DNA from: an uncultured Actinomycetota bacterium
GTDB lineage: Bacteria > Actinomycetota > Actinomycetes > JAHEKZ01
Length of the DNA: 64,000 bases
Direction of reading: 5' to 3'
Assembly: GCA_963718235.1 (NCBI GenBank)
Contig: CAVQYR010000001.1
Span: forward strand, 800,001-864,000
Positions 9,716 to 21,481 of the stretch are shown one piece after another. Position 1 is the stretch's first letter, and each line of letters opens with the position of its first letter. The notes below the pieces were generated by a model. The model had not been told where the DNA came from. It saw nothing but the letters and a program-made list of their open reading frames with translations, and did not search any database. The position numbers and the translations under genes were made by a program.

Positions 9716-10546
9716 ATGGACGACTCCACCGCCACCCAGATCAGGGAGCACTTCGACGCGCTGGCCGACGACGAGTGGCACCGCCTCGAGCGGGACCCCG
9801 CCTCACGGGTGAGCCTGGAGCTCCACCGGCGGTTCCTGGCCCGGTTCGTGCGACCGGGGGACCGGGTGCTCGAGATCGGCGCCGGACCAGGACGGTTCAC
9901 CTGCGAGCTGGCAGTGCTCGGGGCCCGCGTCGTGGTCACCGACGTGTCCCCGGTGCAGCTGGCGCTCAACGAGCGGTACGTCGAGGCAGCAGGAGCGTCC
10001 GAGGCAGTCGAGGACCGACTCGTGCTCGACGTCCGCGACACCGGCGAGCTCGAGGATGGGTCGTTCGACCTCGTCACCGCGTACGGGGGGCCGTTGTCCT
10101 ACGTCTTCGACGAGGCGGAGGCGGCCCTGGCCGGGCTTTTCCGGCTGGTCGTCCCGGGCCGGGAGGTCGTCGGGTCGGTGATGTCGACCCTCGGGGCCTG
10201 GCGGGCCCTGCTCGACGCCGTCGAGACCGAGGGGGAGCGGCTGGGCCACGACGCCATGGACGCCGTGCTGCGCACCGGTGACCTGCGGCCGACCCAGCCG
10301 GAGGGGCATGTCTGCCAGATGTACCGGTGGTCCGAGCTCACCGCGCTGGTCGGGCGCGCCGGTGGCGCTGTCGTCGCGGCCAGCGCGAGCAACTGGGCCT
10401 CACTCGGACATCCCGAGGTCGTGGAGCGGATCGCTGCCGATCCCTCGCGTTGGCAGCTGTTCGTGGACCAGGAGCAGCTCGCCTGTGCCGAGCCGGGAGC
10501 CCTGGACGGCGGCACGCACCTGCTGTTCGCCGCGGTCCAGGGCTGA
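9716..10546 (+). CDS. class I SAM-dependent methyltransferase
   Basis: VLEIGAGPGRF and FDLVTAYGGPLSY motifs. Confidence 0.88.
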   Translation: MDDSTATQIREHFDALADDEWHRLERDPASRVSLELHRRFLARFVRPGDRVLEIGAGPGRFTCELAVLGARVVVTDVSPVQLALNERYVEAAGASEAVEDRLVLDVRDTGELEDGSFDLVTAYGGPLSYVFDEAEAALAGLFRLVVPGREVVGSVMSTLGAWRALLDAVETEGERLGHDAMDAVLRTGDLRPTQPEGHVCQMYRWSELTALVGRAGGAVVAASASNWASLGHPEVVERIAADPSRWQLFVDQEQLACAEPGALDGGTHLLFAAVQG

Positions 10547-10551
10547 CCCGG

Positions 10552-11709
10552 TCAGGCGTTGGCGTCGGAGTCGAGGGTGAGGGTCGTCGTCGCCGTCTGG
10601 CCGTCGCGGACGTAGGTCAGCTCGACCTGGTCACCGGGCTGCCCCGAGCGGACCGCGGCGATCAGCGACTCGGCCGAGTCGACGGACTGGCGGCCGTAGC
10701 CGGTGATCACGTCGCCGCCACGCAGTCCGGCCTGCGCGGCCGCCGACCCGGAGGTGACCTCACCGAGCTCGGCGCCGACGACGTCGCCGGTCGCGTCACC
10801 CACGGTGACCCCGAGTCGTCCGTGCTCGGCGGTCCCGTCGGCCACGAGCTGCGCAGCGATGTCCTTGGCCTGGTCGATCGGGATCGCGAAGCCGAGCCCG
10901 ATCGACCCGGACTGGCCACCGGCCGACGCCCCGAGGCTGGCGATGGCCGAGTTGATCCCGACGACCTCGCCCTTGAGGTTCACCAGTGCACCGCCGGAGT
11001 TCCCGGGGTTGATCGCGGCGTCGGTCTGGATGGCGTTGAGAACGGCTCCGTCGCCCCCTGCTGCAGACTCCGCACCGGTCACGACGGGGCGGTCCTTGGC
11101 GCTGACGATGCCGGTGGTCACGGTGCCGGAGAGGCCGAGCGGCGAGCCGATCGCGACGACGGTCTCGCCGACCTGGAGGTCGTCGGACGAGCCGAGGGCG
11201 GCGGCGGTCAGGCCACTGACCCCGTCGGCCTGGATCACCGCAAGGTCCGTGGCCGGGTCGCGGCCGACGATCGTCGCGGAGGCCTGCGTGCCGTCGCGGA
11301 AAGTGACGGTCAGCGTGCCGCCGTCGGCCGCGCCCTCGACCACGTGGTTGTTCGTGAGGATGCGACCGTCGGAGGTCACGATGACCCCGGAGCCTTCACC
11401 GCTGCCTGCGGCGCCGCTGAACTGGATCGACACGACGCTGGGCAGCACGGTGCGGGCCACCGCAGCGACCGACCCGGTCGGCAGTACCACGTTGGTGGTC
11501 GAGGACCTCGTCGTCCCTGTGGTCGACGTGGGCGAGGTGCCGTCAGCGACGGCCACCGCCGCGGCGCCGGCCACTCCGCCGAGCAGGCCGGCGAGCACTG
11601 CGGTGGTCGCCACGAGGGCCACCGGCCGTCGGCTGCGCGCGGGCGGGGCCGGCTCAGGCGCTTCGGGAAGGGGGGTGGTGGGGTACGTGAGGGGGGTGTA
11701 TTCGCTCAT
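10552..11709 (-). CDS. HtrA/DegP-like trypsin serine protease with N-terminal TM helix and PDZ domain
   Basis: GSGVI, TNNHVV, DLAV, IQTDAAINPGNSGG and a C-terminal PDZ. Confidence 0.95.
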   Translation of the reverse strand: MSEYTPLTYPTTPLPEAPEPAPPARSRRPVALVATTAVLAGLLGGVAGAAAVAVADGTSPTSTTGTTRSSTTNVVLPTGSVAAVARTVLPSVVSIQFSGAAGSGEGSGVIVTSDGRILTNNHVVEGAADGGTLTVTFRDGTQASATIVGRDPATDLAVIQADGVSGLTAAALGSSDDLQVGETVVAIGSPLGLSGTVTTGIVSAKDRPVVTGAESAAGGDGAVLNAIQTDAAINPGNSGGALVNLKGEVVGINSAIASLGASAGGQSGSIGLGFAIPIDQAKDIAAQLVADGTAEHGRLGVTVGDATGDVVGAELGEVTSGSAAAQAGLRGGDVITGYGRQSVDSAESLIAAVRSGQPGDQVELTYVRDGQTATTTLTLDSDANA

Positions 11710-11795
11710 GGCCCCGACTGTGCCGTGCCGTGCTCTGCGGACCCTGGGTCCAGCCTGTGAACCGTCTGTGAGAGGGGGCTCACTACCCTGAAGCC

Positions 11796-13382
<1,587 letters not shown>

Positions 13383-13401
13383 TCCAGATACCCTCGCCTC
13401 C

Positions 13402-14613
13402 GTGACCCCGCCGCCTCCGCAGTCCGTACTCGACGGGGTGGCCCACGACCTCGACCGCTGGCTGGCCGAGCTGGCCGAGGAGCTCGTGCTGTTCCGGAGG
13501 GACGTGCACGCCCACCCCGAGACGGGGCGGGCGGAGATCCGGACCACCGCCAAGGTCGCGCACCGGCTGACCCGGGCCGGGCTCACGCCGCGGGTGCTGC
13601 CCGGTGGAACGGGACTGGTCTGCGACATCGGGACCGACGGCCCGATCGTCGCTCTGCGGGCCGACCTGGACGCCCTTCCCGTCGACGACGAGAAGACCGA
13701 CGCCGAGTACCGGTCGACCGTCGCCGGGGTGTGCCACGCCTGCGGCCACGACGTCCACACGGCCATCGTGCTCGGGGTCGGGCTCGTCCTGGCCCGGCTG
13801 GCCGAGCAGGGGCGCGTCCCCGGCCGGGTCAGGCTGATCTTCCAGCCGGCGGAGGAGGCGACCCCGGGCGGAGCGCTGGACGTCATCGCGGCCGGCGGCC
13901 TCGACGGCGTCAGCGCGATCTACTGCCTGCACTGCGACCCGCGGCAGGACGTCGGCCACGTCGGTCTGCGAACGGGCCCGATCACCGGCTCGAGCGACCA
14001 TGTCCGGGTGCAGCTGTCCAGCGTGGGCGGTCACACGGCACGACCCCACCTCACCGGCGACCTGGTCTACGCGCTGGCCAAGGTGGTCACCGACGTGCCT
14101 TCGGTGCTGAGTCGACGGGTGGACCCCCGGGCCGGCCTGTCGGTGGTCTGGGGCCGGATCGCCTCCGGAGGGGCGGCCAACGTGATTCCCCAGCAGGGTG
14201 AGGCCGAGGGCACGGTGCGCTCCCTCGATTCCGCAGTGTGGGAGCACGCGCCTGAGGCCGTCGCCGAGGCCGTCACCGGGGTGGCGGCTCCGTACGGGGT
14301 GCGCGTCCATGTCGACTACACCCGTGGCGTGCCCCCGGTCATCAACGATGCGCACGCCGTGGAGACGATGACCGAGGCGGCACGAAGCCTGCTCGGACCC
14401 GGTCGGGTCGCCGAGGTCGAGCAGAGTCTCGGCGGCGAGGACTTCGCGTGGTACCTGGAGAAGGTGCCTGGCGCACTGGCCCGGCTGGGTGTGCGGACGC
14501 CCGGCGACGAGACCGTGCGCGACCTGCACCAGGGCACGTTCGACGCCGACGAGCGGTCGATCCCGGTGGGCATCCGGTTGCTCGTCGGCACCGCCCTGCT
14601 GGCCCTGTCGTAG
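13402..14613 (+). CDS. M20 family amidohydrolase
   Basis: HAHPE, LRADLDAL, HACGHD, FQPAEE and GGEDF motifs. Start set at the GTG 7 nt after TACCCT. Confidence 0.92.
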   Translation: MTPPPPQSVLDGVAHDLDRWLAELAEELVLFRRDVHAHPETGRAEIRTTAKVAHRLTRAGLTPRVLPGGTGLVCDIGTDGPIVALRADLDALPVDDEKTDAEYRSTVAGVCHACGHDVHTAIVLGVGLVLARLAEQGRVPGRVRLIFQPAEEATPGGALDVIAAGGLDGVSAIYCLHCDPRQDVGHVGLRTGPITGSSDHVRVQLSSVGGHTARPHLTGDLVYALAKVVTDVPSVLSRRVDPRAGLSVVWGRIASGGAANVIPQQGEAEGTVRSLDSAVWEHAPEAVAEAVTGVAAPYGVRVHVDYTRGVPPVINDAHAVETMTEAARSLLGPGRVAEVEQSLGGEDFAWYLEKVPGALARLGVRTPGDETVRDLHQGTFDADERSIPVGIRLLVGTALLALS

Positions 14614-14628
14614 CCGGTCGCGGCCGCC

Positions 14629-15927
14629 ATGCGGTACCCGGTGAACGAGCCCTTCGCCGCCGTCGACGTGATCGTCGCCAAGCGCGACCACCGGGCCCTC
14701 AGCGATGCCCAGATCGACTGGGTGGTCGACGCGTACACGCGCGGACACGTCACCGACGAGCAGATGAGTGCTCTGGCCATGGCGATCCTGCTGAACGGCA
14801 TGAACCGTGGCGAGACGGCCCGGTGGACCCGCGCGATGGTCGCGACCGGTGAACGGCTGTCGTGGTCGACGCTGGACCGCCCGACGACGGACAAGCACTC
14901 GACCGGCGGGGTCGGTGACAAGATCACGCTGCCGCTGGCACCTCTGGTGGCCGCCTGCGGCGCTGCCGTTCCCCAGCTGGCCGGGCGGGGGCTCGGCCAC
15001 ACCGGGGGGACGATCGACAAGCTGGAGTCGATCCCGGGTTGGCGGGCCTCACTCGACAGTGCCGAGATGCTCGAGGTGCTGCGTTCGACCGGCGCTGTGA
15101 TCTGCGCCGCCGGCCCCGGTCAGGCTCCAGCCGACCGCAAGCTGTACGCGCTCCGCGATGTGACCGGGACGGTCGAGTCGATCCCGCTGATCGCCAGCTC
15201 GATCATGAGCAAGAAGATCGCGGAGGGAACGAGAGCGCTGGTCCTCGACGTGAAGGTCGGTTCCGGTGCCTTCATGAAGGACGCGGAGGACGCTCGCGAG
15301 CTCGCCCGCACCATGGTCGAGCTCGGTACCGACGCCGGCGTGCGCACGGTGGCCCTGCTCACCGCGATGGACACCCCGCTCGGGCTCACGGTGGGGAACG
15401 CGCTCGAGGTCCGAGAGTCGGTCGAAGTGCTCGCCGGTGGCGGGCCGGCCGACGTCGTCGAGCTCACCGTCACGTTGGCACGGGAGATGCTCGAGGCGGC
15501 CGGGCTCGCACACGGCCCCGATCCCGCCGACGTGTTGCGGAACGGGCAGGCGATGGACACGTGGAACACGATGATCTCGGCCCAGGGCGGTGACCCTGCC
15601 GCACCCCTCCCTCGGGCCCGGCACCAGCACGAGGTCATGGCCCAGTCGACGGGGAGGCTCACCCGGCTGGATTCCCTGGACGTCGGGGTCGCAGCCTGGC
15701 GGCTGGGTGCCGGTCGTACGCACAAGGAGGACGCGGTGTCGTTCGGTGCCGGGATCGAGCTGCACGCCAAACCTGGTGACGCCGTCGTGGTCGGGCAGCG
15801 CCTGATGACCCTGCACAGCGACGAGGTCGACCGCTTCGACCGGGCGCTCGAGTCGTTGGCGACCGCGGTCTTCGTCGATGGGCCTTCGTCCGCGCTCCCG
15901 CTGCTCATCGAGCGGGTGGTCGCGTGA
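14629..15927 (+). CDS. deoA: thymidine phosphorylase
   Basis: DKHSTGGVGDK, GRGLGHTGGT, LYALRDVT and SIMSKK motifs. Start may be GTG 14641. Confidence 0.95.
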   Translation: MRYPVNEPFAAVDVIVAKRDHRALSDAQIDWVVDAYTRGHVTDEQMSALAMAILLNGMNRGETARWTRAMVATGERLSWSTLDRPTTDKHSTGGVGDKITLPLAPLVAACGAAVPQLAGRGLGHTGGTIDKLESIPGWRASLDSAEMLEVLRSTGAVICAAGPGQAPADRKLYALRDVTGTVESIPLIASSIMSKKIAEGTRALVLDVKVGSGAFMKDAEDARELARTMVELGTDAGVRTVALLTAMDTPLGLTVGNALEVRESVEVLAGGGPADVVELTVTLAREMLEAAGLAHGPDPADVLRNGQAMDTWNTMISAQGGDPAAPLPRARHQHEVMAQSTGRLTRLDSLDVGVAAWRLGAGRTHKEDAVSFGAGIELHAKPGDAVVVGQRLMTLHSDEVDRFDRALESLATAVFVDGPSSALPLLIERVVA

Positions 15928-16970
15928 CCGACGCCGACCTGCGCGCCGCCCCGAAGGTGCTGCTGCACGACCACCTCGACGGCGGACTGCGGCCACAGAC
16001 CCTGCTCGAGCTGGCCGACGCCGCCGGATACACCGGCCTGCCGGCTGACGAGCCGCAGGCGCTGGCCCAGTGGTTCCACGACGCTGCCGCCGCAGGCTCG
16101 CTGCCGCGCTACATCGCCACCTTCGAGCACACCCTCGCGGTGATGCAGACCCAGGAGGCGATCGCGCGAATCGCCGCCGAGGCGGTCGTCGACCTGGCTG
16201 CGGACCAGGTCGTCTATGCCGAGCTGCGCTTCGCTCCCTCACTGGCCACCCGCCGTGGGCTCGGTCTCGACGAGGTCGTCGACGCGATGGTGGCCGGCCA
16301 GCGGGCCGGTGAGGCGCTGGCGGCCGTCGACGGACGGTCGATCACCACGGGCGTGATCCTCTGCGGCATGCGTCAGGCCGACAGCGTCGTCGACGTCGCC
16401 AACGCAGCCATCAGGCACCACGGTGACGGCGTCGTCGGGTTCGACCTCGCTGGACCCGAGGAGGGGTTCCCGGCCTCGGCGCACGCCGATGCGTTGGGGC
16501 TGCTGCGCGCCGCCGGCGTGCCGCTGACCCTGCATGCAGGTGAGGCGGCGGGTCCGGCCTCGGTGGCCGATGCCCTCCAGCAGGGAGCGGTGCGCCTCGG
16601 TCACGGCGTGCGGGTCATCGAGGACCCGACCCTGACCGAGCGACTGGCCCAGCAGGGAGTCGTGCTCGAGGTGGCGCCGACCTCGAACCTGCAGACCGGG
16701 GTGGCGACCTCCTACGCGGACCACCCGTTCCCACGCCTGGTCGACGCGGGGGTACGGGTCACGGTCAACACCGACAACCGCCTGATGAGCGGCACCTCGG
16801 TCAGCCAGGAGATGCAGCACCTGCGGGACGCGTTCGGCTACACCACCGACGACTTCCACCGGTTCACTGTCGACGCGGTGCGCGGCGTGTTCACGAGCGA
16901 TGAGGAAAGGCGTCGCCTGTTGGCAGTGGTTTCCGAGGGGTATACAGCGATCGGGAGCGCGTTGCCGTAG
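15924..16970 (+). CDS. add: adenosine deaminase
   Basis: PKVLLHDHLDG, HAGE, RLGHG and NTDN motifs. GTGA overlap with deoA. Confidence 0.95.
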   Translation: MTDADLRAAPKVLLHDHLDGGLRPQTLLELADAAGYTGLPADEPQALAQWFHDAAAAGSLPRYIATFEHTLAVMQTQEAIARIAAEAVVDLAADQVVYAELRFAPSLATRRGLGLDEVVDAMVAGQRAGEALAAVDGRSITTGVILCGMRQADSVVDVANAAIRHHGDGVVGFDLAGPEEGFPASAHADALGLLRAAGVPLTLHAGEAAGPASVADALQQGAVRLGHGVRVIEDPTLTERLAQQGVVLEVAPTSNLQTGVATSYADHPFPRLVDAGVRVTVNTDNRLMSGTSVSQEMQHLRDAFGYTTDDFHRFTVDAVRGVFTSDEERRRLLAVVSEGYTAIGSALP

Positions 16971-17067
16971 GGGACACCCTCCGGATTCAGGGAACGGCAG
17001 ACGGCCGGGTTCCTCGGCCGTACCGTGGTCGGCAGCGCTGCCGAGTCGAGACGGACGGGGGACGGTC

Positions 17068-18711
17068 ATGCCCGATCTGGGATCGCCACTGGTCAAGGAG
17101 GTACGCCGACTCGCCTCGGCGTACGAGTCGTGGCCGGGGCCGTCGTCGGCCGCCCCGAGCGAGGTGCTCGCCTGGCAGGCGGCCCGGGTCGGGACGACCC
17201 AGGAGGAGCGCGTCCTCGACGAGCCGCGCGGGGTCGACCGACGCCGGTTCCTCCAGGGCGGGGTCGCGGTCGGCGCCGGACTGCTCGGTGCCGTTGCCGG
17301 AGTCGGCCAGGGATCGGCGCTCGCGGCGCCGAGCACTGACGCTCGGGTCGTGGTCGTGGGAGCGGGCCTGGCCGGGCTGACCTGCACCTACCGCCTGCGC
17401 CAGTCAGGCGTCGCTGCGGTGGCCTACGAGGCGCAGCGGCGGCTGGGTGGTCGGTGCTACTCGATCCGCGACTTCTTCGCCGCCCGGCAGACCGCCGAGC
17501 ACGGCGGGCAGTACATCGACTCCCGCCATCGGCAGTTCCGGTCGTTGGCGCGCGAGCTCGACGTCGACCTGGTCGACACCTTCGCCCAGTCCTTCCCCAG
17601 CGGCGACCTCGACCACCGCTGGATCGACGGCGCACTCAGGAGCAGCGACGAGGTCTACGCCCAGTTCGGCGCCTTCTACGCCCGCCTGAGGCGGGACTAC
17701 CGCAAGGCGGGGGACTACCACTGGGACCAGGCCGGTCCGTACGCCGTCCAGATCGACCGGATGACGATCACCGAGTACCTCGATGCCGCGGTCGACGGTG
17801 GCTCCGACTCGTTGCTGGGTCGCGCCATCGGTGCGGGCATGCAGAGCTTCTTCGGCCTCGAACCAGCCGCGATGTCGGCGATCAACCTTTTCGAGGGGTA
17901 CGTCGCCCCGTACCCGGGCGCCAACGAGCGCTACCGGGTCGCTGGTGGCAACGACCGAATGGTCCGAGCACTGGAGCGCGCCCTGCCGCGAGAGGCGATC
18001 AAGCGCGAGCGGATGCTCGAGGCCATCTGGCACACCTACGACGGGCGCATCCGGATGCACTTCGGCGGTGACTCGGGGGACGTGGTCGCCGACCGGGTGG
18101 TGCTGGCGCTTCCGTTCACCACGCTGCGCAATGTGGACACCTCGGGGCTCACGTTGTCACCGAGGCGTCGACGGGCGATCCGTCAGCTGGCGATGGGCAG
18201 CAACGCCAAGCTGAACATCCAGCTGAACCGCTCGCTGGCCGCGCTCGACTGGACGGGTGGGTTCTTCAGCGACGAGCCGCACTACGTGACCTGGGACAGC
18301 ACGTACGGCCAGTCGCACCCCGCGCCCCACCATCCGGTGATGACCGTCTACAACGGCGGCGACGAGGGTGCTGGCTACCCGACCGATGTAGCTCATGGGC
18401 CTGCTCCCGAGGCGGTGGTGGCCACGGCGCTCGGCAACCTGGCTCGTGGCGTGAAAGGGATCCGCCGGGCCTACGGGGGCAAGGCCTACCTCGACTCCTG
18501 GGTCGACGACCCGTACGTCGGTGGTTCGTACGCCGGCTTCGGTCCGGGCCAGTACACCGACTACTGGGGGTTCCTGCGGCGGCCCGAGGGCAATGTCGTG
18601 TTCGGTGGCGAGCACACCTCGACCCACAGCCAGGGGTACCTCAACGGCGGTGTGGAGAGCGGGGAGCACGCGGCCGCCGTGACGAAGCGGGGCCTGGGGC
18701 TGCGCGGCTGA
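17068..18711 (+). CDS. flavin monoamine/amino-acid oxidase family protein with twin-arginine (Tat) motif
   Basis: VDRRRFLQGG followed by a hydrophobic stretch. VVVGAGLAGL, GGR, EHGGQYI, FGGEHT and GYLNGGVESG motifs. Confidence 0.88.
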   Translation: MPDLGSPLVKEVRRLASAYESWPGPSSAAPSEVLAWQAARVGTTQEERVLDEPRGVDRRRFLQGGVAVGAGLLGAVAGVGQGSALAAPSTDARVVVVGAGLAGLTCTYRLRQSGVAAVAYEAQRRLGGRCYSIRDFFAARQTAEHGGQYIDSRHRQFRSLARELDVDLVDTFAQSFPSGDLDHRWIDGALRSSDEVYAQFGAFYARLRRDYRKAGDYHWDQAGPYAVQIDRMTITEYLDAAVDGGSDSLLGRAIGAGMQSFFGLEPAAMSAINLFEGYVAPYPGANERYRVAGGNDRMVRALERALPREAIKRERMLEAIWHTYDGRIRMHFGGDSGDVVADRVVLALPFTTLRNVDTSGLTLSPRRRRAIRQLAMGSNAKLNIQLNRSLAALDWTGGFFSDEPHYVTWDSTYGQSHPAPHHPVMTVYNGGDEGAGYPTDVAHGPAPEAVVATALGNLARGVKGIRRAYGGKAYLDSWVDDPYVGGSYAGFGPGQYTDYWGFLRRPEGNVVFGGEHTSTHSQGYLNGGVESGEHAAAVTKRGLGLRG

Positions 18712-18777
18712 CCAGCGGCCGGACGACGGCAGGCACCGGTTCGGGACACAATCGCGGGGTGACCAGCCCTGAGGAAC

Positions 18778-19242
18778 GTGGGACCGCAGGTCTTCCTGCG
18801 CGAGCCGGGCGACGGCGAGCGCGGCCCGGACACTCCCTCGGAGTGGGACGACTGGGGGCCGCTGCCCGACCCGATCCTGGCGCCAGACGTCGGGCGCCTG
18901 CTCGTCGTCCACGACGACGAGGTGGTCGGCGACCTGTCGTGGCACGAGGTGCACTACGGCCCCAACCTCGGCTCCCGGGCGTGGAACATCGGGATCGCCC
19001 TGGCGCCGGAACACCGCGGACGCGGGATCGGGGCAGCGGCGCAGCGCGCACTGGCCGACCGGCTCTTCGCCACCACGGACGTCGACCGGGTCGAGGCCTC
19101 CACCGACGTCGCCAACGTGGCCGAGCAACGGTCGCTGACCAAGGCCGGGTTCGTGCGCGAGGGCGTGCTGCGCTCGGCACAGCTGCGGGCCGACGGGCGC
19201 CACGACCTGGTCGTGTTCAGCCGGCTGAGGGACGACCCGTGA
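18778..19242 (+). CDS. GNAT (RimJ/RimL-like) N-acetyltransferase
   Basis: HRGRGIG, NVAEQRSLTKAGF and REGVLR motifs. The true start may be GTG 18759 (6 nt after CACAAT) with an indel. Confidence 0.85.
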   Translation: MGPQVFLREPGDGERGPDTPSEWDDWGPLPDPILAPDVGRLLVVHDDEVVGDLSWHEVHYGPNLGSRAWNIGIALAPEHRGRGIGAAAQRALADRLFATTDVDRVEASTDVANVAEQRSLTKAGFVREGVLRSAQLRADGRHDLVVFSRLRDDP

Positions 19243-19299
19243 GGGCGCGCTGGACGATGCTCGGGTCGATGGTCGTCACTGCACTCGTCCCGCTCGCGC

Positions 19300-20949
19300 T
19301 CAGCCCCTGACCAGGACCTCGACCTCCGCGCGCAGCCGAGCCATGGCTGCGCCGGCCGTGCCGCGGGCGGCGTCGAGGGACTCCGCGGCCATTGGCACCA
19401 CGACCTCGAGGTAGGCCTTCAGCTTGGGCTCGGTGCCCGACGGGCGGACGACGACCCGCGCGCTGCCGCCGACCGTGGGTCCGGCGAGTCGCAGGCGAAC
19501 GCCCTGTGTCGGGGGGAGGCCGCCGGGACCGAGGGACAGGTCGTCCACCGCCGTGACCGCCAGGCCCCCGAGGGACCGAGGCGGGGAGCCGATGATCGCC
19601 GCGACCCGGGCACTCAGTCCGGCCGCGTCGTCGCTGCGGACCGAGACCTGCGCGGTCAGGTGCACTCCGTAACGGCGGTCGAGGTCGTCGAGGGCGTCCA
19701 GCAGGGTGCGTCCCTCGGACTTCAGCCGGGCGGCCAGCTCGGCCACCCGCAGTCCGGCGGTGATGCCGTCCTTGTCGGCCACTGCGGTCGGGTCGACGCA
19801 GTAGCCGATCGCCTCCTCGTAGCCGAAGGCGAGGCCGGGGACCCGGCCGATCCACTTGAACCCGGTCAGGGTCTCGGCGTAGGTGAGCCCGTGCGCGGCA
19901 GCGATCCGGGCCAGCCTGGTCGACGAGACGATCGTCGTCGCGTAGGTGCCGGTCGCCCCTCGGGCCGCCAGGAACTCCCCGAGCAGCCCCCCGACCTCGT
20001 CGCCGGTGAGTGGTCGCCAGCCGTCGCCGTCGGGAACGGCGACGGCGCAACGGTCGGCGTCGGGGTCGTTGGCGAGCACCAGGTCCGCACCCACCGCCCG
20101 GGCCCGCCTCAGCGCAAGGTCGAGCGCCCCCGGCTCCTCGGGGTTGGGGAACGGCACGGTGGGGAACGTCGGGTCCGGTGCCTGCTGCTCGCGCACCGGC
20201 ATCGGCGCGGAGAACCCGCTGGCGGTCAGCGCCTGCGCCATGAGTGCTCCGCCGACGCCGTGCAGGGCGGTGGTGACCAGCACGAGGTCGCGCGGGGCGT
20301 CGGTCGGGACGAGTGACGCCGCCCGGGCGAGGTATGTCGCGGCGATGTCGTCCAGGGTCGTCCACAGCTGGCCACGGGGGACGGCGTCGAGGCGGCCTAC
20401 GGCGTCGATCCTGGCCGCGATCTCGTCGTCGACGGGAGGCACGATCTGGCTGCCGTCGCCGAGGTACACCTTGTAGCCGTTGTCGGCCGCCGGGTTGTGC
20501 GACGCGGTCACCATCACCCCGGCGGCGGCCCCCGTCTCGCGGATCGCGAACGCCAGCACCGGCGTCGGCAGGGGGTGGGGCAGGACCATCGCCGCCAGGC
20601 CGGCCCCGCTCATGATCGACGCGGTGTCGCGAGCGAAGACGTCGGAGTTCGTGCGGGCGTCGTAGCCGATGACGACCGACCGTCCGCCGTGGCCGACCAG
20701 CCAGGCCGCCAGGCCGGCTGCTGCCCGCCCGACGGTGACCCGGTTCATCCGCATCGGGCCGGCACCCATGGCGCCGCGCAGCCCGGCCGTGCCGAACTGC
20801 AGCCGCCCCGAGAACCGCGCGCCGAGCTCGTCGTCGGCCCCGTGGTCCCCTTCCTCGGCAGCCCGGACCAGCGCCGCGAGCTCGCCGCGGGTCGCCGGGT
20901 CGGGGTCGTCGGTGAGCCACCGCCTCGCCCGCTGCACCGCGTCGGTCAC
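19300..20949 (-). CDS. phospho-sugar mutase (phosphomannomutase/phosphoglucomutase)
   Basis: FGTAGLRG, TASHNP, DPDADR, GYEEAIG and RPSGTEPKLK motifs. Confidence 0.95.
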   Translation of the reverse strand: MTDAVQRARRWLTDDPDPATRGELAALVRAAEEGDHGADDELGARFSGRLQFGTAGLRGAMGAGPMRMNRVTVGRAAAGLAAWLVGHGGRSVVIGYDARTNSDVFARDTASIMSGAGLAAMVLPHPLPTPVLAFAIRETGAAAGVMVTASHNPAADNGYKVYLGDGSQIVPPVDDEIAARIDAVGRLDAVPRGQLWTTLDDIAATYLARAASLVPTDAPRDLVLVTTALHGVGGALMAQALTASGFSAPMPVREQQAPDPTFPTVPFPNPEEPGALDLALRRARAVGADLVLANDPDADRCAVAVPDGDGWRPLTGDEVGGLLGEFLAARGATGTYATTIVSSTRLARIAAAHGLTYAETLTGFKWIGRVPGLAFGYEEAIGYCVDPTAVADKDGITAGLRVAELAARLKSEGRTLLDALDDLDRRYGVHLTAQVSVRSDDAAGLSARVAAIIGSPPRSLGGLAVTAVDDLSLGPGGLPPTQGVRLRLAGPTVGGSARVVVRPSGTEPKLKAYLEVVVPMAAESLDAARGTAGAAMARLRAEVEVLVRG

Positions 20950-20976
20950 GGGCCAAACGCTAGCCGCCGGGCAGGT

Positions 20977-21408
20977 TCAGGCCGGAGGGGTGCCGACCAT
21001 GCCGGACTTGAACGGGTCGCGCAGTGGCGGGTCGCTCAGCTCGGCGCGGGGGCAGGTGGCCAGGGTGAGCCCGGCCCAGGTCAGGGCATCGTCGGTCAGG
21101 GTCTCCACGATCCAGCCGGAGTCCAGCCCGTACGGCGTGACCGTGACCTTGTAGATGGTGATCTGGTGGCGGTTCGGGGCGTCGTACATGACGGCGATCG
21201 ACCCGAGCAGGCGGGCGTTGCCCCGCGTCCCACCGGTCCCGTCCCAGGGAACGTCGTAGCGCTGCCACAGCGAGGACGTGGCGTTCCACACCCCCGACTC
21301 GGACACGTCGAGCCGTTTGAGCTCGCTCAGCACGCGTCCGGCCGCCCGCTCGTCGAGGACCGCAGCGGGACGGATGATTCGGACGTCGTCGCGCATCGCC
21401 GTTGCCAT
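20977..21408 (-). CDS. hypothetical protein (143 aa)
   Basis: Globular-looking ORF with a GAGGAGG RBS that fills the gap between pmm and ggct. No recognised motif. Confidence 0.75.
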   Translation of the reverse strand: MATAMRDDVRIIRPAAVLDERAAGRVLSELKRLDVSESGVWNATSSLWQRYDVPWDGTGGTRGNARLLGSIAVMYDAPNRHQITIYKVTVTPYGLDSGWIVETLTDDALTWAGLTLATCPRAELSDPPLRDPFKSGMVGTPPA

Positions 21409-21414
21409 GCCTCC

Positions 21415-21442
21415 TCATCGGGGGTTGAGCGCGCCGGGTTGA
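21415..21442 (-). promoter_or_regulatory. possible sigma-28-like promoter (TCAA-N16-CCCGATGA)
   Basis: Minus strand reads CTCAACCCGGCGCGCTCAACCCCCGATGA, with mismatches to GCCGATAA. It overlaps the RBS. Confidence 0.35.
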
Positions 21443-21481
21443 GCCGAAAGGGCTACTCGTTCCCCCGTTCAGGCCAAACAC

